From Callorhinchus milii (lineage: Eukaryota): a stretch of DNA of 64,000 nt. Location of the stretch: assembly GCF_018977255.1 (NCBI RefSeq), contig NW_024704743.1, positions 60,948,001 to 61,012,000 on the forward strand, given 5' to 3'. Positions 35,106-48,285 of the stretch are shown here, in pieces. The notes under the pieces were generated by a model that worked only from the letters and a program-made list of their open reading frames with translations, was not told where the DNA came from and did not search any database. The position numbers and the translations under genes were made by a program. The stretch's first letter is position 1; each line of letters starts with the position of its first letter.

Positions 35106-38100
35106 TTAATCGTACTGGGCTGACAAAAACGCAAAGAGGTATGTCTTCATACGGGCCTTGAACAAGATGAGGGAGCGAGTCAGAGGGGCTCTGGGATGGA
35201 GTTCAGAGAGCAGAGACACTGATGGGGAAGGTGGGGTGTGGGACATGAAGCAGGTTGGTGCTCACAGCGAAGGGAGTGGCCAGATCAGTATGAGGAGGTA
35301 GATTGGGGATTCTAAGCAATCCTAAGTAATAATTGGATCCTTTCCTCAAACTATGCTTCTTAATTGGATGCTTTAGAAAATGTGCTGTTGCCAAGTAAGT
35401 ATCTCTTTCGTGCAGCCCTGTTAAAGATAGAACACAGTGCATGCTCATGCTCCAACATGAAATACCTTTTCTCTACAGTAAAGCTGTACCCTCTGCTTTG
35501 AAGTTGCTGCTGCGACAAGAGACCCCATCATAGGCATATGGTAAAAGCCTATGAAGAATAAATCAATTCTGTGGAGAGGTTGATCGTACAGCCAGGTATT
35601 GCAAAATAATAATCCCAATCGACCACTGCTGAGCCAAATAGACACCATTATAGACTTGCAGCTAAAAGTATTTGCTAACTGAACTGAAGCCTCAGTGTGT
35701 TGAATTTTACCTTTCCCCATCACAAAAATGTCTAGGTCTTTAGTGCTTTTGTCTGGATTTTCTCAGAAGAGACAAATCACCAGAGTAGATCAATATACAG
35801 TAATTGGAGACGCTTTTGCGGACAAAAAAGGCAGGCATTGGACTTGACACTTGTATTTTGAAAATGCTCTAAAAGTATTTTAAAGTTCTATCCAGTTTCA
35901 AATGAGATAAAATTGGTGCTGAATGGCATTGAAATTGTTTATATACAGACATTATAACAGCCTTTGATGGGAACTAAACTTAGTAATGATGTCCACTTGG
36001 CACAGTTGGCAGTGCTCTCACTGGGCAGCTGACTGAGTGAGGGTCCTCCAAGGATATCTCCTATAACACAACTGATAAGTTAAGGCTTAAAAATAATAGC
36101 ACAAAAGCCATGTCAAAAAGACAATGAAGATTTGATCTCAGCCTCCCTCCCATCACAGCATCAATCTGTATCTTGAATGAATCCGGGGTCCTGGCCTCAA
36201 CTACTCTTCCTAGTTTGCACTGCTTACGGGCTGCACTGAAATGGGAAGAGGCAGGAAAAACACTCAAAGAAAATTAAGTCTTTGCAAAGCCATGCCCAAC
36301 CCCACCTCGGTACAAATGTTATTGAGATGGCATGCAGCTCTGGCAATACTGCAATAGTGTATAACTGAACCGTTTCAACTAAATTATCAACCTTTGACAA
36401 TTGTACTTATTTAAGCTCAAGTTTCTCTTCGATGCAGGTGGAATGTATCCTGTATCCTGTACCCTGTTCATCCACTGTTGCAATGTCTTGAGTAGCAAAC
36501 TAGAATTTGATATAGGTCTTTTCATATTGAGTGCTCTCAAAGTATTTCAAAGGATTTACATTTGTGTTTAATGACAATGTATTTTGTCAATTTGCGTACA
36601 GCAACAACAGCAACTCGCATTTATACAGGATAGCGACTCAGAGCAATGTCCCACAAACAGATATGAAATGATCAATTTTATTTGGGGGATTGTTGGCCAG
36701 GACACAGGGAGAAACTCCCTTCTCTTTTTGAATAGTCCATGGTATCTTTAATTTCACCTGAACAAACATATAGGGCCTTTGCTTAATGTCTCATTAAGAC
36801 AGAACCTCCAACAACGCAACACATCCCCAGCACTGTCACTATACAAATGTAATTTTGTTGCAGTTGGCCCTAGGAGGGTCAACCTAGGGTTTGTGAGTTC
36901 AAAGGCCCAACATGGGGTTTGAATCCACAACCTTCTGACTCACGAACTGAGCATGCTATTAACTGAGCCAGGCTGACAACTATGTATATTATGCATATCC
37001 TACGTGAAAGACGCAAAATGAGTTGTACATGCTTTAAGACTTAGGTTGGTATTCATTAATTTCCCACAACACCTCCTCATGAAAGGAGGCAGCCTGCATT
37101 GTAACAGCTCCAGGTCACCACAAATAGCCCAGACAAATGCACTGGGGTTCAGTGAAGAGTAACAGGATGTTCAGTTTTTGCTGACAATGAAACAAACAGG
37201 CTGTTTGCAGCTCTACAGTATATTGTAATGAATTTACCTTAACCTTTTCAAATTGTTGTTGCCCATAAAAATACATTCTACAGTACAGGAATGTCAATTT
37301 CTGGGCAATGTAACTCAATAAAGAGAAAATATAATGTCTGGTGGAGCTTCAAAATCCAGCAGCCATTCGGAAACAATACCATAATCCCTTTGAATTTCTC
37401 TTTACAGCAGATTTTGTTATTCTTTACACTTCCCATTTTCCTCGAATTTTCTGAAAAGGTTTCTTTGCCTCATGTTCAGAATGTTAATGTCTATTGACCT
37501 CCTGTTCATTTCCTGGGAGACTGCCCAGTAACTATATTGATTTCACAATCCCAGCGGACTGGATCCAATCAGTGAAGATACAAGTCCTTCTACTGTTTGG
37601 GGCCAGGGATGGTTTGGTTTGGTTGGCAGCTCTCTCACCTCAAGCAGATTTAAGACCCTTGTTGGGACCGAACTCTATTCCTATGCTGGCAAACCCGTAC
37701 AATAGGGCAGTACTGTTTTTTCAGGCATGATATTAAACCAAGATCCTATGTCTGCATGTTCAGATACATATTAAATTGCCTATGACAGTATCTCAATGGA
37801 GAAAGTAGATTGATTAGTCATTCATCTCACGACTGTTTATGGGAGCTTGCTGGTGCAAGTGGTTGCCCTATTTGCCTGCAAAATGTCAAAAAACTTCTAA
37901 AAAAATAAAAATAATATTCCTTGTATTTGGTATTGCACCTTTCACGTCAGGAGGACATCTCAAAGTGCTTCTCAAGATATACTATAAAGTGTAATGACTA
38001 TTATGTGGTGAACATGTGATATGAAGCTGTAAAAGTGCAAGTTCCCTCTACAATCCAGGTGTGTCAGTATGAGGTTGGTTATGGCTGTTCCATTTGGTGA

Positions 38101-38137
38101 TGTTCTATGTACATCACCTTTGGAATTTTGCTCTTAA

Positions 38138-38448
38138 AATAATAATAATCCTTGCATTTGATATAGCGCTTTTCACGTCTTCTAGACGTCCCAAAGCGCT
38201 TCACAGAATATACTGTGAAGTGAATTGACTGTATATTTGTGGGCGAACGCGGCAGCCAATTGCACACAGCAGTGTCCCACAAACAGTCGTAGATTGAAAA
38301 TGACCAATTTATTATTGTTTTTTGTCTTGGAGGGATTATTATTAGGCGTGTGGAGTAGGGAAACTTGCCCAAATTTTCGCCCTGCCTGGAATTGAACTCA
38401 GGTCTCTCGCTTGCAAAGCGAGTGCTCTAACCACTGAGCTACAGGACT
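38138..38448 (-). mobile_element. tRNA-derived SINE, short form, young
   Basis: Nearly identical to 50929-51244 and 22966-23276. All three give the same spurious MGKFPYST... ORF. Confidence 0.92.
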
Positions 38449-38865
38449 AATACTTTAATGACTCATCGGTTATTATCTTGGAGACCTCTGAAGCCCTTGA
38501 CAGGCTGATATGGTGCACATCTAATCAAATTGTTAATTTACTGTCTGTCCTTAAAGTTCATGGATATCTTGTTGCTTTTGACAATATAGGTAACTCCAGT
38601 ACATTCCTATAAACAATGCAACAAGCATGTTAATTCCTGATTGGTGGCAGGTTCATCAGCATTATGTTTGGATTAAACAAACAGAACAATGGATTGTTCC
38701 TCCAGTGTGTTAGCAGAATATGCACAGAGGATCTTCTGGCATTAGCAACATGGCACTATAATAGGGTCTATAATCCAGGAGACCAGCATAATGGGATGTT
38801 TTCTTAGCTGAAATCACAAAGATTTTTTTAAATTAGGAAAATAAATTCAGCTTCAATTCTTAATT

Positions 38866-39407
38866 CATAGATTCATAGAATGTTACGGCAATGAAGGAGG
38901 CCATTCGGCCCATCGAGCCTGTGCCAGCTCTTTGACAGAGCAAGTCACTTTCACTATCCCCAATCACCATCTTTCTCCCCATAACCCTGCAAACCCGTCT
39001 TCCCCAGATACCTATCCAGTTCTCTCTTAAAAGCTGTTATCAAATCGGACTTCACTGCCTTTTCAGGCAGATCATTCCAAATTCGAACAACTCGCTGAGT
39101 GAAAAAATTTCTTCTAACCTCCTCTCTGCTTCTTTTGGTAGATATCTTAAGACTGTGACCACAGGTCACAGACACACCTACCAGCGGAAACAGCTTTACC
39201 CTATCTAGCCTGTTGAAACCTTTCATGATCTTGAAGACCTCTATCAGGTCCCCGCGTAACCTTCTCTGCTCTAATGGGAAAAGACCTAACTTCTCCAGCC
39301 TGTCCTCATCGCTAAGGTTCCCCATTCCTGGTACATTCTTATGAATTTCCTCTGCACCCTTTCCAGTGCCTTAATGTCCTTCCTGAATTAAGGTGCCCAG
39401 AACTGCG
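38866..39407 (-). mobile_element. CR1 LINE 3' fragment
   Basis: ORF 38954..39325 has LEQRRLRGDLIEVFKIMKG...RRNFFTQRVVRIWNDLP. catagattcataga tail. Confidence 0.92.
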
Positions 39408-39900
39408 TATGTTTTTGAAGCTATTCAACCACTGGAACTATTGAATACAAAAACAATCAGGGATTTTCACCCCTTCCGAAAACAAGGAGCATAACAGAAA
39501 AGTTAGTGTTTTTTTCCATCATAGCTAAAGTAATATGTGGCAGCCACAGGCATCTATTAATTCTGTAGACAGACAAACTCATTAAACCCTTTAGTGTCAG
39601 AATAACTGGAGATGTTCTATATGTGTGAACAGCTGCAGACCCACTGCAGGCTCCAAGAAGAGGTTGCATATTATTAAGATGTTGGGGTTCAAGAGGTCTA
39701 CAGCACCAATGATTTTGAGCAATCTGCATCCTCGTGGGATTTTCTGATGTCTAGCACAGTTGCTTTACAGCAACATATCGAGCTTTAACATCGAGGTAAT
39801 TGCTTAGCATGAATCTCTCCCAGAGTTTCTATGGGAATGAAAGAGGTTTTAGGTAACATAGATTGATGAGACAAAAGATAAATGCTCTGAATTTGACTCG

Positions 39901-39906
39901 TTTATT
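39901..39906 (-). promoter_or_regulatory. Candidate VPS50 polyadenylation signal AATAAA (3' UTR about 0.6 kb)
   Basis: tttatt on the plus strand reads AATAAA on minus, about 590 nt downstream of the stop, after an AT-rich, repeat-free stretch. Usage is not demonstrable from sequence. Confidence 0.5.
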
Positions 39907-40489
39907 ATGCAGTCACCAATTCATGATATCTTCCAGTTCAATGAGGAACAAATATTGAAATTTTAGAAGAACAAACTGAAACAGAATGTACAGATTTTAT
40001 ATATCTTCACTTACAGTAATTCATTATGAAGTGTATATATTCTCCAATCATTAGTATTTACTGTTTTATACTTACATTACTTATCTAGAGAAGATACTTG
40101 TTTCAGTCTATCCAATATACAATTTCCTTCAGAATTAATATGAAATCCTTACAACCCACAAATGTCAAAACAGAAACTATACAAAAAAAACCCTGTATAA
40201 TCATCATGTCATTTTAACATGGTTACTTTTATACAGCCCCAAACACAATCTTACACAAAAGGTCTGGCCTAAACAAGACAAAAGCTAAACAGTAACACAT
40301 CTCATTTCCTAAAATAGCATTTGCTAGTCATTTTTTTAAAATTCCTTAACATCAGCTTCTGATGGAAAAAACAAGTAACATGCATCAAAATGCTTGTAAC
40401 GCATTACAGATCCATCCTGTATTAATTTGGATGGTGAAATAGTCATCATATCATCTAGTGTGATCTGAACTCAAGAGCATTGCTAAAGA

Positions 40490-40609
40490 CTACCGTTTAG
40501 GTCGGTCACATTCCTCAATGGCTGCTATCAGCTTTTGCCGTGCTTTTTTATTGATATGGGAGCCTAAGCAAACATTCACAAGGTTGGTCAGCTGCTTGGT
40601 TGAATACTC
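40490..40609 (-). CDS. VPS50: VPS50 terminal coding exon (coding part including TAG)
   Basis: tttgcag|GAG TAT...AAA CGG TAG. Translates [39 protein letters not shown], the characteristic VPS50 C-terminus ending DRPKR. Confidence 0.97.
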   Translation of the reverse strand, partial: EYSTKQLTNLVNVCLGSHINKKARQKLIAAIEECDRPKR

Positions 40610-40851
40610 CTGCAAAACACAACACATCAGGGATTAGAATGGGAAAAGTTGCTCAATTCTGAAACAAATTTATATCAATTGAAAAGACAATAAGTTTATA
40701 CGGACAGTAATATCAGCAAAATATTACGATTCTAACAACAGAATATGAATACCATAATGCATCATTTGTTTTAAAAATCCACAATACTGGAATAAGGAAC
40801 AATATTTTTACAGCTGCAAAACAAACACCTATTTGTCATTTTTATTCCTAC

Positions 40852-41041
40852 CCTGTGTTCCTTAATCCAACGCTCCATATCATTTTCAGTCAGATAATAG
40901 GCTTTAATGTAGGTTTCTACAAACTCCTTATCAGGAATTGGCCTTATGTCGGTCAGCTTCTCCAATTTCATCAGGAACTGCTGGAAGTCAAGCTGCATTA
41001 AGGCACGTCCCTCATTGCTACATTTCTTCACATTTGCATAA
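40852..41041 (-). CDS. VPS50: VPS50 penultimate coding exon, 190 nt, phase 2->0
   Basis: ctgttgtag|T TAT GCA...CAC AGG|gtagga. Translates (G)[63 protein letters not shown] (within ORF 40771..41073). Confidence 0.97.
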
Positions 41042-41509
41042 CTACAACAGAAATGAGAATGAAAATCAAGCACAGCTCAGCAAATAACTAGTGCAGGCGT
41101 TAAACAATAAGGCAAATTGTCCATAATTGTAGGAAAATCTAGACACAACTTTCAAGCCCCGTCAATAATAATAATATTTGGACTCAAATTAAGAACTCAA
41201 ATAAAGCCAAACCTCCTATAACGTTCACTGGATCCAATGTCTCATTGACCAAATTATAAGAGAGTCAGAAAAATGGCTGACTTCCAAATTGTTACGCTGA
41301 TCTGATCACACGTCCTGCGCTCTCCTTGCAGAATACACTACTTGGGCCACTTCTTTCATAAAGTGACATCAATGTGCATGCACGCAGACAGCAGGCGGTC
41401 AGTGCTGAAACAGATTATATGGATCTACAGTATAAATGATAAGCGAGGTGGCGCTCTGTCATAGGGTGTTATAAAGGTGTTCCATTGTATGTGCAGGAGT
41501 CTCCGGAAA

Positions 41510-41943
41510 GAGTCACTATGGCTCAGTTGGTAGCATTCTTGCCTGTGAGTCAGAAGCTGTGGGTTTAAGGTCTACATCGGGACTTGGAACTCCTGTAATC
41601 AAAGCTGACACTCCATTGCAGTCTTGAGGATGTGCTGCATTGTTGGAGGTGCCGTCCTTTGGACGAGATGTTAAACCGATCTCCCTTCTGCCGTTTCAAG
41701 TGGACATTAAAGATCCCATGGCACTACTTAAATAGAGAAGGGATTTTCTCCCGGGGTCCAGGCTAGCAATTCCACAAATAAAATTGATCATTCACTTCAT
41801 GACTGAGACATTGCTGTGCATGGTTGGCTGCCACATTCGCTTACAAATACAGTCACTTCACTTTATGGTAAATTCCTGTGAAGCGCTTTGAGATATTCTC
41901 CCAAAATGATAGGTTCTATATAAAATCAAGCATTATTATTATT
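41510..41943 (+). mobile_element. DeuSINE (SacSINE1-like) element, near full length
   Basis: tRNA-like head ggctcagttggtagca...gagtcagaag, Deu-domain-like core ggaggtgccgtcctttggacgagatgttaaacc...gtggacattaaagatcccatggcacta, and L2-type tail. Family assignment is from a recalled consensus. Confidence 0.8.
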
Positions 41944-42954
41944 TCTAATCTTCCAACATCATATAGGCCTTTCTTCGCAATGGACTATTCCCAGCTGTTT
42001 TGTGCCGATAACAGTTTTTCACTGTGGGTCATGAGGTTGTTATTGCCATTGCTTCTTGTTCCCCAACCAAACAACCTAAACTTTTGCCATTTTTAGCATG
42101 TGTGAAGCGAGCCGACTGGCTGTATGCATGTGCAGTAACTAGGTCTACATCCAATTCACGCTACAAGCATAACCCTACAAAAACAGGCTTCTACTGTATA
42201 TTACTGTGATGTAGAGATGTTCTTCACCTGCTCTCTTTAGCAGAGTTTATGTTTGGAAACTAAGAGCAGTAGAATGGAGCAAGCCCTCAAACTTTTAATA
42301 AAGCACAAGCTTCTGGGGATGGAAATTAATATGGCAAAAATAAAACAACTTCCCTCCATTGAATTAAGCTTACAGCCCTGTGAACTGAAGAGTAGTTAGC
42401 TAAGGAGGCAAGGCATCAGGGACAAAAATGTTTCTTTGTGACATTTATTTCAAGTCTGATTTGCTAAGTGCAGAATGAATTCAGATCGGAGAGAACAGCA
42501 GGGCTTGTGTTCTTATTAATGCTAAATGTATTTCAGCCTAGGCAGAGATCTTAGTAAAACAGGAATAGACACGAATAGGCAGAGCAGTTATTGTTTTTGC
42601 CACAAAAATAAAATAATTTTCAATAATAATTTAAGCCTGCTGAAAAATAGCTTTCTCAGAATTGGAATCTAAACTGCATTGAAAGCTTTCCCAACTAGTC
42701 CCCTATCACATTAGGCTATTGTGGTAATTGGTCTAAGAGTTGTTTTTGCTCCAAAATCACAAAACGAAACGGAAAACAAGGAGGAAAGAATGTTTGTGTA
42801 TGTGTGATTTGAAAAAAATAAGAATCTGAATAAAAGGTAGAATTGCTGGTACACATTGGAACAATCTAATTGTAACTATGCGGACAGTAAAATCATGTAA
42901 ACCAGATAATCTACAAACATATTTTATGAAAATACTATACATTATGCAAATCAT

Positions 42955-43415
42955 AATATGATAATTCTTGTACTTGATATAACGTCTTTCAAGTCAGCAG
43001 GACGTCTCAAAGCACCTCACAGTGTAAAGTGCAATGACTGTATTTTGTAGGTGAATAGGGCAGTCAATTTGCGCACAGCAATGTTCCACAAATAGCCACA
43101 AACTGAATGACCAATTTTATCTGGATTGTTTGCCAAGATAACTTGAGAAACTCCCTTCTATTTCCAAGTAGTGCCATGAGTCTTCATTGTCACCTGAACA
43201 GGCGAGAATCTCCTGACAATGCCACCTGAGAATCTCAGTTTAAAGTCTTTTATGGAGTACAGCACCTCCAGCAATGCAGCGGCCCTCTCCCCCCAACACT
43301 GCATTGGAGCGTCAGTCAGTCTAGATTAATTGAGTTCCAAATCCCGACATGGGGCTTGAACCCACAATCTTCTGACTCTGAAGTCAGAGTGTTACCACTG
43401 AGTCAGGCGGATACA
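42955..43415 (-). mobile_element. DeuSINE (SacSINE1-like)
   Basis: Reverse-complement homology to 41510-41943. Further minus-strand remnants at about 12000-12310, 13150-13260, 15865-16150, 17830-17965, 33605-33950 and 36490-36980. Confidence 0.75.
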
Positions 43416-44202
43416 CAATACTATAAGATTTTAGATGTTCATAAAGCCTTTGAACGTATCTCCGCTGAGGATAAGCTATTCAATGTTATAAATTAATCTG
43501 GCTAGTAATATCTTTACATAAGATGGATTGCATACCATGAGGGAAAGGGCCAACACACCCACTTCCTATATAGATCATGCAAAACCTATCCTAATATGAA
43601 CTTCAATTGAAATATGAAATATCATACCGGAAATATCATCAAGCCCTTTCATCCCCTTTAAAAGTCACCAGGAGATCAGAAGATTAATGGAGATGCTACA
43701 AAATAACACAAGTTTCATCGCCTTGACATCAAATGTTACTGATGCACTAAAGCATCAAAAGATCCGTATTTCCATTCTTATACAAATTCCTATTTTTTTT
43801 TAAAACAGGATCCTCTGTGGAATTATTGATATGAAAAGGAAATTAAGTGGCAATAGATGCCATCATAGAAACAGAAGGTGCTAAGATTCTCCTTGACAAC
43901 ATACAATGTTTAATCATTTCATTTCTTTAGTGATTCTGAGATGACTTTGGTACTGATTAGTTCAGGATACAGGCACTGGGCTCCAGTTCTGAAAATAGGA
44001 AGTGAGAGATGGTGGTGCATAAAGGAAGAAATAGCAGAAGAATGAATGAAGAGAACAGACAGGGAACAGAAGAACTATAAAAACAGAATTAAGCGGCCAA
44101 GCAAATAAATATACAGAGTGGGTAGAGAAGAAATACACAAACTACAAAGAAAGTGAGAAGCAACACAAGTAATAACAGGGGAATCCTGGGTATAGCACAG
44201 CC

Positions 44203-44724
44203 TGTGTGTCTCTCTGTGTCTATGAGTGTATGTGAGTATGTGTCTCTTTGTGAGAGTGTGTCTCACTGTGTATGTGAGTGTGTGACTCTCTCTCTGGCTG
44301 TGAGTGTTTGTGTGTGTCTCTCTCTGTGAGTGTGTGAGAGTGTGCGTGTCCCTGTGTGTGTGTGTGAGTGGTGGCGGGACTGGAGAGGCAGGAGGTGGTG
44401 ACCTCCTGGAGCCCCGCAATCAGGACAGTGGCCTTCAAGTGTAGTGCAGGGTGGAGACAGACCATTCGGGCTTGTATTAGTGTCCCCCCCCACCCTCCAC
44501 CGAGTGGGCCACCCAGGTTTTGTTAAAGAAAGCGTTTTTATTGCAACAATCTAATGTGTGTTATTTCCTCATGTTTAGTCTTTATCAATAAAATGAAAAA
44601 ATCTAGGTTAGTAGTAAAATATACCGCTCAATTGCACCAATCAAGCCCCCGCAATATTCTGCAAAAGTCATCAAATTTCCCTGCAAATTTTGGTAAATAT
44701 TTCTGCAATTATCTATTGGGCCTG
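44203..44724. mobile_element. Partial, inverted relative of the 61100-62804 element
   Basis: 44370-44724 is reverse-complement homologous to about 61100-61445 (e.g. aatctaatgtgtgttatttcctc vs gaggaaataacacatattagatt). It adjoins the same (TG/TC)-type simple repeat. Confidence 0.75.
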
Positions 44725-46125
44725 GTTATTGCATTGATGTCCCATATGATAAATAACCTGGTTGTCAAATCACCATTAATATCATTTCCTGTGTCTTGTG
44801 CATAGCACAGGAAGCAACAACAACAACAACTTGGATTAATATAGCACCCTCCACGCCGGACGGCGTCTCAGAGTGCTTTATATAGTAATGTAAACGTCAC
44901 TTCCTGTGTACTGCGATGCATTGTATTGCCTCCTGTGCGCTTTGTGAATGGACATTCACGGCACTTTTTGGACATAGCGTACATGCGCAGCACGTCTCAT
45001 TTTATTTGGTGCTTCTCTTGTAACACAGTCTCTATGATACTGGGCCCAGAGAACCATATTATAACGGGGTTGCCCTGCATGTTGTTGATTTTATAATACA
45101 GAATAACCCTAGATTTGGAGAAAAAAATTCTTGCACTACATTAATGAAAAACATCAAGACTGTTTCTATACTTTTTCACATTAATATGCACATTAACAAG
45201 CAAAAAGGCAATGCAGAGTGAAGTTAGATCAGGATACTGGCGAACTGAAAGAGTGTTTTCTGGGAGGGAGGAAGAATAATGGCTGAAAAGTAGAAAATAA
45301 TGGTTTAGCATTATTGCATGGCAATAATCCAATCCAGTTCCATTAATATAAACCACAAGAAGGAAAGCAGCGTAATCTCAAATCCAAACTAAAGAGGCTG
45401 GAGATGTACAGAAGGATAATCAGTATTAAAAGAGAAAGATGGCTTAATGTTTCAGGTCTGACCCTTTGTCCTGCTGTGCATTTGAAAGATTATCAGTTTC
45501 TAGCTTTTCACCATTTTCATTTTATATTTAATCTACACAATTGGAAATCTATTTCAAAACTTGCCAAATTTTTAGTTTGTAATCCAGTAACAGCATTAAA
45601 AAAAAGTAAATACAGAAGATTCCTATTATAACATGTTTATTAAAGATAGATCTGAACGGTTTTGAATATGGGGAGTGAGAGGACAATTGGGAAGGAATCC
45701 GAGGATAAAGCGGTCTGCCTTTGCTCTCTGGAACTCCAGCCTGGTTTGTCGAGCGAGAAACACAAAGCAGATCAATGTTTGCTAAGAGGAGGGAGCAGCT
45801 GGGGAAATTGTGTTGCAGAAGGTTGCAGCGACTAAGACTAAGAAATGAGGGATTTAAAAGTGAGGACCAGAATTTTGAATTCGATCCAATGGGCACCCAC
45901 CTTTTTAGGGGCATCTTATAACTGGGTTCTGCTGTAAGCAGCAATTACAATTATTTATCCTAAGCAGATCATTACTCTATAACACAGCAACAACAAAATT
46001 ACATTTGTATAGCCCCCTTCAAGTCGGGAGGACGTCCCAAGTAACATCTACAAACCAAAATTAATAAACTGCTAGAACCAGTGATCATTTAAAATTGTTT
46101 AGAACACAAACAATTGATTACTCAC

Positions 46126-46247
46126 CCCTCTACAATGGTCCTGTTTGCCAGTCGAATGCAATGCTCCCATAGGATGTTAGAGACTTGCAGTGGAATGCGC
46201 ACTCGTTTGGAAACCTCGAATAACCTCTTATTGAATTGCTCAAACTC
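46126..46247 (-). CDS. VPS50: VPS50 coding exon, 122 nt, phase 0->2
   Basis: tttgtag|GAG TTT...GAG GG|gtgagt. Translates [40 protein letters not shown](G). Confidence 0.96.
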
Positions 46248-46634
46248 CTACAAAATAAATGCAGAAGTAAGCAGTTAAGCATGTTCGTCCAACTTATCCA
46301 TATGAATGGACATCATGCAGAGAACAAGCTATTCCCAGGACTATTTGCAATACCCTATAGGTCAACAAAACTCATTAGGGTAAACTGCTGGTTGCTCCTG
46401 GTCCTGTTATACATCTCTTAACCAATTCATCTTTTTTTAGTGCTCAGTCAGCATTTGCTAACAATTGTCTGAAATCTCAGCAAAATTACCTCACAACTAC
46501 TATAAACACAAGTGTTAACTCCTACTTGGCCATTGAGTTCTTTAACAATGTTGCACGTGGAAGGGTGGATCGATCTTTGGCAGTACATTACTAAATATTT
46601 GAGGTGTTCAAATTATGAGGAGTTGTGATAAGAG

Positions 46635-46935
46635 TTTCCACTGCCGAGTGGATCAGTAGTCAGAGGACCTAGATTTAAGATAATTGGCAAAAGAACCAGA
46701 AGGGAGATAATAAGAATTTTTTTTAGGCAGCGAGTTGTTATGATCTGGACTGCTCTGCCTGAAAGGGTGGTGGAAACAGATTTGATAATAATTCTCAAAA
46801 GGGAATTGGATAGAAACTTGCAATGCTATCGAGAAAGAGCGGGGGAGTGGGACTGGTTGGATAGCTCTTTCAAAGAGCCTGCACAGACACGATGAGCCGA
46901 ATGGCCTCCTTCTGTGCTGTAAGATTCTACTATTC
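46635..46935 (+). mobile_element. CR1 LINE 3' end
   Basis: tttccactg...gaatggcctccttctgtgctgtaagattcta CR1 3' UTR. Related copies at 14378-14712 (minus) and 17600-17730 (plus). Confidence 0.8.
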
Positions 46936-47905
46936 TGAAGTTGGCAGGCACACAGTGCTTTTGCAGTCATCAGTGATGCAGAGTATGTGACATTAGATAT
47001 AAGGGAATGTATCACCATTAAAAACACTCTCCACATCATTCAACAAAGAACTGACTTCATACTTTTAGAAACATAAAAACATATGATTTGGAATAAGAAC
47101 ATAAGAAATGCTAGATGAAAAAAGACCAAGTCTATCTAATTCACCTTCGCTTCCTGAAGGTTGCCTGCACATATGTCCCAAACTACCTATGTATGATATC
47201 CCATGATGTTATTTCCTAAAAGAAAACTATCTAATCTGTGTCTGAAAGAATCAACACTTCCTGCTTCAACCATCTCCCTGATGAGCCTGTTCCACAGAAT
47301 GTTGCAAATGAGGTAGAATTTGGGGATGTTGTAAATTCAATTGTTTGTGCCTTCAACTTCTTGCTTTACATGCGGAAACTGCATCAGAGTGGCAGGTTGC
47401 AACTCTGATCAGATCTTCAATCTTCCAAAATTTCAGTTTGTTGTTGGCTGAAAACTCCACTGACAGAATCAATGTTGAGCCATTGAAAATCACTTGTAAA
47501 ACGTGCAGAGGAATTAGGGTATGAAGAAAGAGCAGGCAAGTAGGATTTTGTTTCATCAGCCAATACTTGCGGAAACCCACCACCATGCTTAAGAGCCTTC
47601 ATAAGAAGTCATTTTCAGAATACTATAAAGCAAGCTCTTCATTACCAGCATAAATACTGTAGGAAGTTGCTGTCAATTCCTTAACTGGAAGTGTGTATAA
47701 CTGCAAAGTAATCAACCACAATGAGCATCTTCGAGTGGTCTCATCACAACTTTAGTGGACCTCACGTTTATTACAGATGCATCAAATGATGTGAAGTAAT
47801 TTTACAGCGTCATTGATGACTCCAATCAGCAATGAGGGGATAATGGATGTGCAAAACTAGGCTTCATTATGGTAATTATGATAAAATAAAATAAAAACAC
47901 CAAAC

Positions 47906-48285
47906 ATAATAATCCTTGCATTTCTTATAGCGCTTTATCACGTTGTTGAGATGTCTCAAAACACTTCACAGAATATCCTGTAAAGTGAATTGTCTGTATA
48001 TTCTGTGGGCGAAACATGGCAGCCAATTGCACACAGCAGTGTCCCAAAAACAGTCATGGACTGAGTGACCAAACTATTATCAGTATTATTTTTTTAGGGG
48101 ATTCTTACTCCCGGAAAGCAATCCGCCAATTGACTAACAACTGGGTTCATTCCTACTTACTGCTAGGTAAACAGAAGCATGTGGGGTAAGGAAACTTGCC
48201 TAACATTTTGCCTTGCCCAGGAATTGAACTTGGGTCCTCTCGCCTGCGAGGTGAGTGCTCTAGCCGATAAACTACAGGTCTACAC
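47906..48285 (-). mobile_element. tRNA-derived SINE, long form
   Basis: Full reverse-complement copy, diverged. Confidence 0.87.

Noticed and set aside
37494..37730. GRLPSNYID resembles the SH3 C-terminal PxNY motif
   Set aside because: No other SH3 residues, weak splice context, and the ORF runs into a DeuSINE-like remnant.
47353..47602. Overlapping minus-strand ORFs in a VPS50 intron
   Set aside because: No VPS50 sequence is missing between the flanking exons, and the peptides are unrecognisable.
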